Positions 38,935-49,782 are shown, numbered from the stretch's first letter. The stretch is DNA of 64,000 nt from a virus (IMGVR_UViG_2799112330_000002:346107-410106), one strand, 5' to 3'. Numbers and translations: made by a program. The notes: generated by a model from the sequence alone, not told the origin.

Positions 38935-39756
38935 ATGAAGAAGATTTTTAGTTTTTTGATTTTGTGTATGTTTGTTATGAGTATGACTTCTTGTAGGAAG
39001 GTTGCTCCCAATGTTGGTGAGGAATGCGTATTAACGTATAAGCCATGGTTCTTTGGGCATGGTGGTATTGATATGACTCCTGTAGAATCTGGTCTTACTT
39101 GGTGTGCAATCACAACTTATGCCGATACCTTTAAGATCATCCCAGTAAAATGGCAAGTGAATATGGAGGATCTTGTTAGTGATGATAATACTCCTTTGGA
39201 TTTTCATACTGTTATTATCACTCAGATTGAAGCAGGAAAGTCACCTGTTCTTTTGAAAAACTATGGTAAGCAATGGTTTATGACAAACTTGTATAATTAT
39301 TACTGTAATATTGTGCGAGATCATATTTCACAACATAGCCCATTTGATTTGATGAGCAATAGACAGATCTTGAATGATATTGATGCAAAGGTATTGAAAC
39401 AGATGCAGGATTTTGTTGCTGAGTTGTCAAAGAATAAAAAATTCCCTGTAGTGATCAAACAGGTAACAATTGGTAAAGCTTTGCCTAATACGGAACAGTT
39501 AGCAGAAATGAACAGAACGGCAAAAGCAGTACAAGCAAAACAAACACAGGAGCGAGAAGCAGAAGTACAGATGGCAAGAGAGAAAGCTGAACGTCAGAGA
39601 GCAAAAGCAGATAAAGCATATATGCAGGAAATGAATCTTAATCCTCAGGACTTCATTCAACTTAAATGGATTGAAACAATCAACAACAAGTCTGGAGCTA
39701 ATATTGATGTCATGGTAGGTTCTCCTTCTACATCAATGTGGAATATTCGAAGATAA
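38935..39756 (+). CDS. lipoprotein with C-terminal charged coiled-coil, possibly SPFH/band-7-like
   Basis: Signal peptide plus MTSC lipobox; EREAEVQMAREKAERQRAKADKA tail. Confidence 0.45.
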   Translation: MKKIFSFLILCMFVMSMTSCRKVAPNVGEECVLTYKPWFFGHGGIDMTPVESGLTWCAITTYADTFKIIPVKWQVNMEDLVSDDNTPLDFHTVIITQIEAGKSPVLLKNYGKQWFMTNLYNYYCNIVRDHISQHSPFDLMSNRQILNDIDAKVLKQMQDFVAELSKNKKFPVVIKQVTIGKALPNTEQLAEMNRTAKAVQAKQTQEREAEVQMAREKAERQRAKADKAYMQEMNLNPQDFIQLKWIETINNKSGANIDVMVGSPSTSMWNIRR

Positions 39757-39772
39757 ATGATATAACAAATAA

Positions 39773-39801
39773 AAGGAAGAACTTAAGTTCTTCCTTTTTT
39801 G
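39773..39801. terminator. bidirectional intrinsic terminator (aaggaagaac ttaa gttcttcctt plus T-run) between convergent genes
   Basis: Perfect 10-bp stem flanked by A-run and T-run. Confidence 0.7.
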
Positions 39802-39802
39802 A

Positions 39803-42478
39803 TTATATGATTTTCTTGAATGTGAATGTACATGATGTATTTGATATACTATTAGTTTCACATGCAATTTGTAATTTATTTCCGATTGTTCTTAAATATA
39901 ATCTATTTGTACCATTACCACCATGCAACATTATTTCATCTGTATAATTACCAGATAGATTTGGATTTATTGTCATTGTTCCAGAATAATAACCACAAGT
40001 TGTAGAATATAATAGAGCAGAATATAATCCTGTTGTAAATGTATTATTAAATGTGTATGCATCTTTCCAATTAGTTTCTATTGTTAATGTTGTAGTAACA
40101 GTAATTTTTTCATAGTTTTCATCTGTAGAAATTTCAATATTGTTATTTGATTTTGATATAGAAATACCATTACCTGATTTTATATAAGCATATGTGCCAT
40201 CCGTTGTTAATAAATAACTTGAATTGTTAGCAGATAGAATTCTTACACCATCTTGGACTTCCAAAATACCTGATACTGTATCATATTGTAATTTATTTTG
40301 AAGGATATAACCATAAGATAGATCATTTGGATTAGAACCTGTAAGCATTAAATATGCTGTAGCATTAGATCCACCATTGAATGATTTGATTTCAACCTTA
40401 TGATCACCATTAAATGTATCTATAGCTTTTGTAGTTCCATTATCAAGAAGAACATTATTTCCAGTTCCTCCTTTCTTTATAAATGAATTAGCATATGCAT
40501 ATCCAGTAGCTACAATATTTTCACTAACATAACTTGATCCTTCAACATATGATTTTCCTGTTACCTTTAATCTATAATTTGTTTGATTATTACCATTTAT
40601 TGTAAGATAATTAATATTAGCAAGATAATTACCATCAGTTGAAATTGATGTATTTGTAATTGTATCTTTAGATGTATAAAATGATAATCGGCTAGCTTGT
40701 CCTGTATTAACATTAGATTTAAGTTCATATGTCATTATAGTTGGAACACCATTATTAAAATATATACCTTTAGTAGCAGATCCAGCTGAACCAGTATATG
40801 TACCTATAATATTATCATTTGTATAGAAAGCAAAATGATCAGTTTGTCCTGTATTAACATGAGATTTAAGTTCATATGTCATTACAGTTGGAACACCGGC
40901 ATTAAGATACATTCCCTTTGTTGTTGATCCAATTGTTGTTTCATATGCTGCTATAGTATTGTTTTCTTTATAGTAAGTTAAATGATATTTAGTACCAGCA
41001 TAAGTATAAGCATATGTAGCATATTGACATGCAGCAAATGATGACCCATTCCAATAAGCACCTTGATATTTAGATCCAATAGCAGTAGATGGTGTATGTA
41101 GGAAATCATTAAATGTGATACCACCATCAGCATTCAATAAATAAGTAGATCTATTATTATCTATAGATAGAATTCTTACACCATCTTGGACTTCTAAAAT
41201 ACCTGCTTGTGTATCATATTGTAATTTATTTTGAAGGATATAACCATAAGATAGATCATTTGGATTAGAGCCCGTAAGCATTAAATATGCTGTAGCATTA
41301 GATCCACTATTGAATGATTTGATTTCAACCTTATGATCATCATTATTTATAGAAGAAAGTAATACATATGTTCCATCTGCTTTCAATATATAGTTTTCAC
41401 TATTTGCTAAATTAGCAATTTGAAGACCACCATTTGTTGAAATAAATTTTTGTGATGTTGTAACTGATCCATTTGCATTAATAGCATTTACATCTAAATT
41501 ATTAGCAACTGTCAGTTTTCCATTCAAATATGATGTTCCATTTACTTTTAAGGTATATGAATCACTATCCATCGCACAGTTTAATGAAACACTTCTAAAT
41601 TGGGGTGTTGCACTAGTATTGGCAGTTTCTGATAGACGCATATTAGCCCAATATGCTGTTGCATATTCAACAAGATTAGATCTATCAAATACCTCACCAT
41701 TTGCTAATAATATTTGAATGTTTGTACCTCCATGTTTAATGAATTTATTTGCATGTGATGATTGAATAGTGTATGTTGTTTGAGCATAAGAAGTTCCATT
41801 TATATAACTATTTCCATTTACATAAGTATTTCCATCTGCATATAATATTGGAATATAAGTATTAAGTGTATTTAGGCCTATACTATTAGATGAGCGAGAC
41901 AATAAAATGACATTATTAGAGTCAGATGTTCCTAAATTTGTTATCTTAAACTCTGGACAATAACATAGTTTTCCATTAGGTAACCCAAATATCATATACA
42001 TTTTATTTTTGTCATTCTGGGTTAATGGTTGTAGAAATGAATTTGACTTGAAATTAGTCAATATGACATTATACGTATATCCTTTAAGATATGTTATATA
42101 GCCTTCAGCAAAATAATTAAGACTATTTCCAATATTATAGTTATTAGATGTTTTTGGTATTATATTGTAGACATTTGATATATTACCTTGAACATCAATA
42201 TTACCCTGTATGTCATTAAACTTGCCAGTTAGACTGTCATAAGAAAATTGTTGTCCCCAAATATGAGTACTTGTCAATAGATTAGGTATATTATTGATAC
42301 TATCAGCAACACTATTAAATCTTGATAACCCAATCCCAACATATGAATTTGTCAATGGCTGCCAAATTTGTTGTTCTTTTCCAACTATAATTAATGAATT
42401 TTCAAATTCATCTCCAATAGGATTTGTTGGTGGATTATATGAATATGCAAATATTTTATCAGTTACTTTTGTAGACAT
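39803..42478 (-). CDS. putative tail fibre / receptor-binding protein with internal duplications
   Basis: 891 aa, Asn/Thr/Gly/Tyr-rich. A block of about 60 aa, DHKVEIKSFN(S/G)GSNATAYLMLTGSNPNDLSYGYILQNKLQYDT..GILEVQDGVRILS, occurs twice, as does GVPT(V/I)MTYELKS(H/N)VNTGQ. Located in the late/structural minus-strand block. Confidence 0.5.
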   Translation of the reverse strand: MSTKVTDKIFAYSYNPPTNPIGDEFENSLIIVGKEQQIWQPLTNSYVGIGLSRFNSVADSINNIPNLLTSTHIWGQQFSYDSLTGKFNDIQGNIDVQGNISNVYNIIPKTSNNYNIGNSLNYFAEGYITYLKGYTYNVILTNFKSNSFLQPLTQNDKNKMYMIFGLPNGKLCYCPEFKITNLGTSDSNNVILLSRSSNSIGLNTLNTYIPILYADGNTYVNGNSYINGTSYAQTTYTIQSSHANKFIKHGGTNIQILLANGEVFDRSNLVEYATAYWANMRLSETANTSATPQFRSVSLNCAMDSDSYTLKVNGTSYLNGKLTVANNLDVNAINANGSVTTSQKFISTNGGLQIANLANSENYILKADGTYVLLSSINNDDHKVEIKSFNSGSNATAYLMLTGSNPNDLSYGYILQNKLQYDTQAGILEVQDGVRILSIDNNRSTYLLNADGGITFNDFLHTPSTAIGSKYQGAYWNGSSFAACQYATYAYTYAGTKYHLTYYKENNTIAAYETTIGSTTKGMYLNAGVPTVMTYELKSHVNTGQTDHFAFYTNDNIIGTYTGSAGSATKGIYFNNGVPTIMTYELKSNVNTGQASRLSFYTSKDTITNTSISTDGNYLANINYLTINGNNQTNYRLKVTGKSYVEGSSYVSENIVATGYAYANSFIKKGGTGNNVLLDNGTTKAIDTFNGDHKVEIKSFNGGSNATAYLMLTGSNPNDLSYGYILQNKLQYDTVSGILEVQDGVRILSANNSSYLLTTDGTYAYIKSGNGISISKSNNNIEISTDENYEKITVTTTLTIETNWKDAYTFNNTFTTGLYSALLYSTTCGYYSGTMTINPNLSGNYTDEIMLHGGNGTNRLYLRTIGNKLQIACETNSISNTSCTFTFKKII

Positions 42479-42561
42479 ATAAAAATGTACAAATTATATT
42501 TAATATATAATTAAAAATAAAGAGAAATACTCATATAATAAGTACTTCTCTTATATTTTAT

Positions 42562-42861
42562 TTATAGCTTTGGAATAGATACCTTAGGTAATGAGCTTTG
42601 AGCATTCTTATACATACTATTGAAGTTTGTATTCATTTTTGATTTACTCATCATATTATCATATTGCTCTCTTTCTTCCTTACTCTTCTTTTCTTGTTCT
42701 TTATTGAACTCATTGATATCTTCCAGCATTTGTTCATATTCAAAATAAACCAGTCTATCTATTTCTGATGGCGCTATATGCCAATCTCTAGATATGTATA
42801 GTTTATTTTTTACCAAATTTCTTAAATTTACTCTCCATAGCAAATAAAGAGCTTGGTCCAT
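42562..42861 (-). CDS. hypothetical protein
   Basis: ORF of 99 aa; 59-nt overlap with the upstream gene. Confidence 0.35.
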   Translation of the reverse strand: MDQALYLLWRVNLRNLVKNKLYISRDWHIAPSEIDRLVYFEYEQMLEDINEFNKEQEKKSKEEREQYDNMMSKSKMNTNFNSMYKNAQSSLPKVSIPKL

Positions 42862-43894
42862 CTGGAAATCGGATAAGTGAAGTTACTTCCTCACCACAAG
42901 TTGGACATTTTTGTATAAGCTTTGTATCAGGTGTTACAATAATATTTGTAATGACATCATCCATAAATTTAAATGTATCAATATCCCATGAATCAAATTT
43001 ACGTTTGAATTCTCTTATTTGTCTTTGAGCTATTGTATCATCCTTAGATATCTTTGGTAAGAACCATGGCAAGAATCTTATCAATACTGGATCAAAATTA
43101 CGATCTGGTTTTTCTTGATATCTAGTTGCTAACCATTGTCTAATATTGATATCCTTTTCAAGTGTTGGTAACCATAGAGTAATTACGCCTTGCATTGGTA
43201 ATCCATACTCTTCAGGATCAATTTCCCATATACGTTTGCTTCTATTATACATAGGCATTACATCAGGATCAGGCATATCAAACAACAGATTACCAGAAGT
43301 CAATGTAAATGTTACTGGATTATCACAGTTAGGACAATCTTCACTATATTCAATCTTACTATCACCATTGATAAATGTATATTCTCTAATCAATAAGATA
43401 AAGAAGAATCTATCCCAAGCATTAATATTGTACCATGGGAGTGGTCCTGTACTTGTTTGTATAGCAAAACAGCTCTTTAAGATCTCATTAAATACTCTAT
43501 CAACAGAATTTGCGTTCTCATCATCAATTGTAGACCAATTACGTATAGCTTCTACAGTTGCAGGACGAATCTTAAACTGCCAGTCCTCAGGATAGAATAC
43601 ATCTCTTTCACCTAAGTATTGTCTATCTACATCCATCCAGCCGTCACGAATTTCTGCATTCTTGAATATTGACTCACCAAGTCTTGATATATGATGTTCT
43701 TGATTGAACTTGTCTTCGGCATCCTTATCAATCCGTGGGCCCATACTTGGCAAATGAATATCATCAACATGTATTTTCTTTGGTTTTTGTTCTTCAGCTG
43801 GCTTAGGAGCTTCTGGAGCTTCTGGAGCTTCTTCAACATATTCAGGAATTTGTCCTTGTAGTTGTTGTTCTAAATTATTTTCATTCTCTATCAT
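42803..43894 (-). CDS. hypothetical protein with acidic EAPEAPEAP N-terminus and two CxxC pairs
   Basis: 363 aa; CPNCDNP and CPTCGEE. Confidence 0.5.
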   Translation of the reverse strand: MIENENNLEQQLQGQIPEYVEEAPEAPEAPKPAEEQKPKKIHVDDIHLPSMGPRIDKDAEDKFNQEHHISRLGESIFKNAEIRDGWMDVDRQYLGERDVFYPEDWQFKIRPATVEAIRNWSTIDDENANSVDRVFNEILKSCFAIQTSTGPLPWYNINAWDRFFFILLIREYTFINGDSKIEYSEDCPNCDNPVTFTLTSGNLLFDMPDPDVMPMYNRSKRIWEIDPEEYGLPMQGVITLWLPTLEKDINIRQWLATRYQEKPDRNFDPVLIRFLPWFLPKISKDDTIAQRQIREFKRKFDSWDIDTFKFMDDVITNIIVTPDTKLIQKCPTCGEEVTSLIRFPDGPSSLFAMESKFKKFGKK

Positions 43895-43987
43895 AATTAA
43901 AATTTAATATATAATTATTATGTGTTTTTCTAATTAACATCTTTATTTATTTAATAATATTATTTTATTGTGATTTTTGAGTAATTT

Positions 43988-45694
43988 CTAAAAGATTTTT
44001 TCATATTTTGATGAATAAATAATGATAGGTTCATCTTTTTGTGTAAGTTTCTTAGTTTCAAGTTTGACTCTTATCTTATGATCAAAGAAATCATCTGACA
44101 TTTCTGCATGATTTACTACAAAAATAGTACGATTATCTTTAAGATTATTCTTCAATAGATCAAGCATTATATTACGGCTTTCACTATCCATATTAGAAAA
44201 CAATTCATCTAAGAAGAATATATTGAATTCGACATTTGATATGACATTAGCAATAATTCCAAAGATAATTCCGATATCCAATGATTTCTTTTGTCCTGTA
44301 GAAAGATCTGAATAACTTATTTCTTTAGGATTACCATCAAAATAGATATGAGGTTTAAACTCCTGATCATATTCAACATTATATAGCTGATTAAGTTTGT
44401 TCATATAATATTTGATTGATTTGTTGATGTGTGGTATCAATGTGTCTAATAATGAATATCTCAAAGTCTTGCTAAACAATTCATTCATATCATTCCATTC
44501 CCCAATATCTTTGTCCGATACTCTAATCTTATCTTGTAATACGATATTTTTCTCTTCATATTCTTTTATTAGTTCATCATAGTTGTCTTGCAATAACTGT
44601 ACAGAATCATTATATGACTTTATACTTGCATCAATATTAGATATTTCTTTTCTAAGACTGTCCATTTGTTCATCATAATGTTCTATTTGAGTATTGGATT
44701 CATTAAGAAAAGTTGATTTCTGGGATTCTATTTCCTTTTTGTCTGCTTCATATTTTCTATAGTCATCTGCCAATTGGTTCATAGTATCTTTATAAGTATT
44801 GATCTGGTTAGGATCTATGTCATGACCGCATGTAGGGCATTTACCAAATTTGAATGTATTGAAATTGTCTTTTGCTTGTTTACCAAGTGTAGCAACTTCA
44901 ATCATCTTCTTTTGTAAGTTCTTTATATTAGTATCAAATTCTTTTACTTTCTCATCTCTTTTCTGAATATCATTATTCTTCTGGTTCTTTAGATTTACTC
45001 CTTCTTCTATCAATTTCTCTCTTTTGTTTTTTATTCCATTGATGTCTATTGATGTTTCCAATTGTAATGTTTGTGTGAGTTTCTTAGACTTAAGATTTTC
45101 TATTTGATTAAGATTTTCATTTAATATAGCATTCAATTGGGCATTTTCATTTATTTGATTTTTTCTTTCAATAACAATTTGATTATTATATTCCGTGAAA
45201 GTCTTAAATCCAAAAATATCATCTAAGAATTGTCGAGTCTCTCCCGGATTCATTGCTGCTAAACTGTTTTTGAATGCATTAAATGATATGATACACATTT
45301 TCTCTACAGCCAATCTTGGTACATCATAGAATTCTTCTTCCAATATTTCTTGAGTATCTCTTTTGTTAGATGCTGCAATTTGTTTTCCATTTACTGTAAC
45401 TTCTAATGGAGCTGTCATTGATCTATTTATATGGATTTCTTTGTTTTTAGATATGAGATTAAGCTCAACACCACAAGTATTAGACTTTGTATGCCAAGCA
45501 ACTAAATCCCCATTACGATGCTCTTTTACTTTGCCATATAGACCCCATAAGATTGCTTCACCAACAGTTGTCTTACCACTACCTATAATACCAGATAGTT
45601 TAATAAGTCCTTCTAGATCCTCAAAATTAAAAAACTGTTCTCCGTATATACTTCTAAAATTATTTATTTTGATATTCTTTATTCTCATACCCAT
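43988..45694 (-). CDS. SbcC/Rad50-like ATPase (T4 gp46-like recombination nuclease subunit)
   Basis: Walker A SGIIGSGKTT; central coiled-coil with CPTCGH zinc hook-like motif; ABC signature LSTGQKK; Walker B FFLDELFSNMD. Confidence 0.65.
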   Translation of the reverse strand: MGMRIKNIKINNFRSIYGEQFFNFEDLEGLIKLSGIIGSGKTTVGEAILWGLYGKVKEHRNGDLVAWHTKSNTCGVELNLISKNKEIHINRSMTAPLEVTVNGKQIAASNKRDTQEILEEEFYDVPRLAVEKMCIISFNAFKNSLAAMNPGETRQFLDDIFGFKTFTEYNNQIVIERKNQINENAQLNAILNENLNQIENLKSKKLTQTLQLETSIDINGIKNKREKLIEEGVNLKNQKNNDIQKRDEKVKEFDTNIKNLQKKMIEVATLGKQAKDNFNTFKFGKCPTCGHDIDPNQINTYKDTMNQLADDYRKYEADKKEIESQKSTFLNESNTQIEHYDEQMDSLRKEISNIDASIKSYNDSVQLLQDNYDELIKEYEEKNIVLQDKIRVSDKDIGEWNDMNELFSKTLRYSLLDTLIPHINKSIKYYMNKLNQLYNVEYDQEFKPHIYFDGNPKEISYSDLSTGQKKSLDIGIIFGIIANVISNVEFNIFFLDELFSNMDSESRNIMLDLLKNNLKDNRTIFVVNHAEMSDDFFDHKIRVKLETKKLTQKDEPIIIYSSKYEKIF

Positions 45695-45750
45695 TAATAC
45701 AATAAATTTTATTTACCATTAATGGGCAATTCATATTACAACTACTGTTT

Positions 45751-46776
45751 CTATTCATCTTTTATTTCCTTTATATTTATTTTGTCTTTTATGATTGTAT
45801 ATTTATTTGTCAAATATTCAGGTACATTCTCTTCAATATACTTATCAATATTAGCATTGAAATAACTAAGCTCCAATGTCTCTCCCTGTGAATTATCAAT
45901 GATTTGTATTCTTATATTATATTCTGCATATTTAGATTTGATCTCTTTTATTCTTTCAATATATTTTGCTTTGTTTATATTAGTATTGAATATGCATAAC
46001 TGAACATAAGCATTCTTGAAATCTTCCTCACCCAAATCAAATATAGATTCATTGAAATATCTTTTGAATTTGGGAGTAGTTATGTTTTCAATTTTTTCTA
46101 CCACATTATTGTCATCTAATATATAGACATATCGTTTTGAATTTACATCATTGAAATTGAACGCAAATGCTGCCCCAAGATTATAAAGATTCTTATTAGG
46201 TTGAGCATTAATGAAATGAATATGTCCTGACCACACCTTTGTATCTTTAAGCATCACTTGTCTAGAATAATCCCATTTACTGAGATCATCATGACAAAAA
46301 ATATTTTTTATTGGATCATCTATTTGGTAGAATATATCCGAAAAATTCTGAAAATTCTCAGTATAATACCATGGAAGATATAAGTCACCATTTTCAAAAT
46401 ATGGCTCATTATTAATGAATCTTACATTTGGATGACATTTTACAAATTCTTCTCCAAAAATAAGTTCATAAGAATTATAGGTATGAAACTCTTCCAATGG
46501 ACTATAATAATCATGATTACCTGCTAAAAAGAAAAATTGAATATTATTGAATTGATCAGATAGCTTTCGTATTAGATTCTTAAGTTCAATTCCAACTTGT
46601 TGATTAACTGAGTATCTTATGTCTGTCAAATCTCCAAGAAACACAACTCTATCAATATCTTTAGTTTCCAATACTTCTACAATTTGTGTATTGAAAAATC
46701 TTAATTGATTTTCTAACCATGTTACAGAATTTGAACCTGTACCAAAATGACAATCACCAATTAAAAGTTGTCTCAT
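45751..46776 (-). CDS. SbcD/Mre11-like nuclease (T4 gp47-like)
   Basis: Phosphoesterase motifs GDCHFG, FLGDLTD, GNHD, GHIH. Confidence 0.7.
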   Translation of the reverse strand: MRQLLIGDCHFGTGSNSVTWLENQLRFFNTQIVEVLETKDIDRVVFLGDLTDIRYSVNQQVGIELKNLIRKLSDQFNNIQFFFLAGNHDYYSPLEEFHTYNSYELIFGEEFVKCHPNVRFINNEPYFENGDLYLPWYYTENFQNFSDIFYQIDDPIKNIFCHDDLSKWDYSRQVMLKDTKVWSGHIHFINAQPNKNLYNLGAAFAFNFNDVNSKRYVYILDDNNVVEKIENITTPKFKRYFNESIFDLGEEDFKNAYVQLCIFNTNINKAKYIERIKEIKSKYAEYNIRIQIIDNSQGETLELSYFNANIDKYIEENVPEYLTNKYTIIKDKINIKEIKDE

Positions 46777-46874
46777 TAAGTGTCTTTTTTAGTATATTTT
46801 TTTGATAATTATAAAATAGTTAAAGAATGTTTAAAAATTCAATGATTTTATTAACATATTTTACTTAGTTTATA

Positions 46875-46915
46875 TTGAATTTTTCTGATATTTTACTATA
46901 TTATTATTGTATATT
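46875..46915 (+). promoter_or_regulatory. conserved promoter motif (the track ORF begins at this TTG; probably not coding here)
   Basis: TTGAAT-N16-ACTATATTATTATTGTATATTAATAA. Confidence 0.5.
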
Positions 46916-46937
46916 AATAACAACAAATACATATAAT

Positions 46938-47282
46938 ATGAATATTTTACACAATCCTTCAGATTTCAAGGTTTTGGATTTCTACCACTATCCAACTGCT
47001 GTAGTAAATAGAATTGTAGAATGGGATGAAGGATTCCACGAGGGTGCTCCAGGTCTTAATGAAGACGTCAAAGATCTTTTTGATGCACTCATTGATGATT
47101 TGGAGACATTATTGGGGAAGAGATTAAGAGACAATAAGATTGCCATGAAAGTCTTGCATGTTCCCACAAACACTATTTTCTATCTTGGATATAAAGACTG
47201 GAATTGGTGCTTAGGTCTTTCACTTAATCCCTATATGACAGGTAAAAGAATGATTGGAAAGAACTTTGATATGAATAGTTAA
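46938..47282 (+). CDS. hypothetical protein (start moved to ATG at 46938, MNILHNPSDFK...)
   Basis: The track start is a TTG inside the promoter motif; the first ATG lies downstream. Confidence 0.4.
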   Translation: MNILHNPSDFKVLDFYHYPTAVVNRIVEWDEGFHEGAPGLNEDVKDLFDALIDDLETLLGKRLRDNKIAMKVLHVPTNTIFYLGYKDWNWCLGLSLNPYMTGKRMIGKNFDMNS

Positions 47283-47492
47283 CAAAATTTTATTTTATAT
47301 TAAATAATTATGAAAATGAACTACAAGGAGGCTGAGACAAAGAAGAATCGTAAGCCCAAGCATTCAACAGCAAAAACAGAGTATTCACGTAAAGGAAAGC
47401 ATAAGTTCAATCCAGATAATACTGAAGACTATTGAAATGTTTTAAGTAAGATACTATTTTAATTATAGAAAAATATGTAATAAAGAATATTC

Positions 47493-48062
47493 ATGGAAAA
47501 TGATTCTTTAGTAGCAATAAATATATATAATAAAGACACCAAAGAACTTTATAATAATAAAGAAACACCAATACTTTACTATTGGAATGGTGATGGAGAT
47601 CTTTTACAATGCATATTAAATGACAAGCAATTCAAAGACAACTATATTAGTAAGATAAATAATATTGATATTTATTGCAATATGAAGATGTCTTATTTCT
47701 ATTTTTGTTATGATGAAGACAATAATGAACAATATGTTGATAATTCTGTCTTGTTAAGTGATTACATTTCATTAAACAGTTTTGAATCATATTCAATTGT
47801 TTTGAAAATAATTATCAATCATTTGTATGATCTTTATTCAAAAGCATTCAATGGTAAGTCTTATGAGAAATTAAATGTATTCAATGAAGACATCATTATT
47901 GATATCTATGATGAAATCAAAAATAAATATAAAGAAAGACTGTTGAAAAATACATTAATCAATTGGGTAAGATCTGAAATAAGTAAGAAAGAAAAATTGA
48001 ATGAAGAAAATGAAAACTATATAATAGATACATTAACAAACATTTTAAAAAATAAAGAATAA
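47493..48062 (+). CDS. hypothetical protein
   Basis: ORF of 189 aa. Confidence 0.45.
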   Translation: MENDSLVAINIYNKDTKELYNNKETPILYYWNGDGDLLQCILNDKQFKDNYISKINNIDIYCNMKMSYFYFCYDEDNNEQYVDNSVLLSDYISLNSFESYSIVLKIIINHLYDLYSKAFNGKSYEKLNVFNEDIIIDIYDEIKNKYKERLLKNTLINWVRSEISKKEKLNEENENYIIDTLTNILKNKE

Positions 48063-48064
48063 TT

Positions 48065-48475
48065 ATGGAATATACAGATTTTAAGTTTGCTATCCCTTAT
48101 ATCAATTGTTCAAATTTCAAAGAAAAAGATACCGTTGTTCTGCGAAATATCATTAAGGGAGCAAGAATTGGAGACATGCTTAAGTTCTCAGGCTATGGAA
48201 ACATTAATTTTAGTGAAGATGATGTACCGCATTGGCATCCTGTTATTACGGAATTAGATTCATTTACAAGATCTAAGACTAACTGTATGATCTTTGATAT
48301 TGATAGTAATTGTCAATATAATAAGATGTTTTTATATCATACAATTTTGCCTCAACATGGGTTTTATGGTTTATTATTATATAACTCAAATATAAATAAG
48401 TTCTTACACATATACAATATTGGTTATGATGTAAATAATCTTGTAATTAAAATGTTCAAGATAATCAACAAATAA
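48065..48475 (+). CDS. hypothetical protein
   Basis: ORF of 136 aa. Confidence 0.45.
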   Translation: MEYTDFKFAIPYINCSNFKEKDTVVLRNIIKGARIGDMLKFSGYGNINFSEDDVPHWHPVITELDSFTRSKTNCMIFDIDSNCQYNKMFLYHTILPQHGFYGLLLYNSNINKFLHIYNIGYDVNNLVIKMFKIINK

Positions 48476-48499
48476 CAAATATATTTATAAAGAGCAAAT

Positions 48500-48757
48500 A
48501 TGCCAGATACAGATATTGTACCTCAACAACAAAGTTCATTTGATGGCGTAATAAAACAATGGCCTGGTGAAGGTGGTGATGTTGCCTTAGGTACCACAAT
48601 TGCAAAAGACCGAATTGCATTTATAAGACAAGCAGCATTAACGTTATTTGCAGCACAATATATTGAAAATGATAAGAAGGCTAAAGAAATATGTCGTAAG
48701 GCAGTAAAATATGCCACTATAATAGCAAGTGAATTAGAAAGTAGAGGTTACTTATAA
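48500..48757 (+). CDS. hypothetical protein
   Basis: ORF of 85 aa. Confidence 0.4.
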   Translation: MPDTDIVPQQQSSFDGVIKQWPGEGGDVALGTTIAKDRIAFIRQAALTLFAAQYIENDKKAKEICRKAVKYATIIASELESRGYL

Positions 48758-48775
48758 ATATATATATGAAGTGAA

Positions 48776-49420
48776 ATGAAAAAGATCTTAATGTTTTTTA
48801 TTGGAATGATGCTTATGTTTTCTTTCCAATCATGTGTAGTAGGAACATATGCAACAACTCAAGATGATATTTATGTTGAAGCTGAAGCAGATGTTGTATA
48901 CACAAATGTAGATTTTGGTGTAGTTATAAGATATGGTACTCCATATTACTATAACGGTGATCTTTTATATTATATCTATAATGGACTTTATTATTACCCA
49001 TTTTACTATGATAACTATTGGTATGTAAGAGTATATAGACGTCCATTTAATCATCTTTATCATAGACCTTATTTCAGACCTAATCGTCATGATCATAGAT
49101 TTGCTCCTGGTGTTCATCGTGGTTTTGATAGACCTGTAGGAGGACATAGACCAGACAATAGAGTAGGTGGTAGACAACATTCTACTAATCATAGACCAGA
49201 CGTAAGGCCAAATGATAGAACACGTCGTCCTGATAACAGAGTTTCTAGACCTGTTGAGAACAGACCAGTAGCAAGGCCAAATACACAAACAAGACCTCAG
49301 CCACAAGCTAGACCAAACACTCAGTCTAGAATGGGATCTGTTGGTGTTCGACCTTCTGCTCCTGCTTCAAGACCAAGTTCCGGAAATTCAGGTGGCGGCC
49401 GCTTCGGAGGAAGAAGATAA
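48776..49420 (+). CDS. secreted or lipoprotein with Tyr-rich then Arg/Pro/Asn low-complexity tail
   Basis: Signal peptide plus FQSC; YYYNGDLLYYIYNGLYYYPFYY; RPDNRV-type repeats; locally elevated GC over 49060-49420. Confidence 0.45.
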   Translation: MKKILMFFIGMMLMFSFQSCVVGTYATTQDDIYVEAEADVVYTNVDFGVVIRYGTPYYYNGDLLYYIYNGLYYYPFYYDNYWYVRVYRRPFNHLYHRPYFRPNRHDHRFAPGVHRGFDRPVGGHRPDNRVGGRQHSTNHRPDVRPNDRTRRPDNRVSRPVENRPVARPNTQTRPQPQARPNTQSRMGSVGVRPSAPASRPSSGNSGGGRFGGRR

Positions 49421-49452
49421 ATTAAACAAATATATTTAACTTAAAAGAACAA

Positions 49453-49632
49453 ATGAAAAAGACAATTTTTAGTATTATGTTCGCAATGATCCTTGGTAGC
49501 TTTATTGCTTCATGTGATTCTAAAGTAGCTACTACAGGTGCTGAAGTTGATAGTACTTTAGTTGATTCAATTGAGCTTGTTGACACTGTTAGTGTTGATT
49601 CGGTTGCTATTGATTCAGTTTGCGCAGAATAA
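49453..49632 (+). CDS. small lipoprotein with VDS repeats
   Basis: MKKTIFSIMFAMILGSFIASC...; about 59 aa, below the track threshold. Confidence 0.3.
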   Translation: MKKTIFSIMFAMILGSFIASCDSKVATTGAEVDSTLVDSIELVDTVSVDSVAIDSVCAE

Positions 49633-49664
49633 TCGTTTAGTATTAAGACTTTAATGTGAGTGTA

Positions 49665-49700
49665 ATGCTAGAAATCTTAAGATTTCTAGCATATTTTTTG
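49665..49700 (+). terminator. intrinsic terminator (14-bp palindromic stem atgctagaaatctt/aagatttctagcat plus T6)
   Basis: Read from sequence. Confidence 0.7.
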
Positions 49701-49782
49701 ATGTCATTTTTATCGTTATTTTTTATCATTTTGTCAAAATTTAACTATATTATTATATATAAATATATAGTAGATTATTAAT

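Noticed and set aside
46875-46937. Track start (TTG) of ORF 46875..47282
   Set aside because: The TTG is the -35 box of a promoter-motif copy, and the first ATG (46938) lies downstream of the motif.
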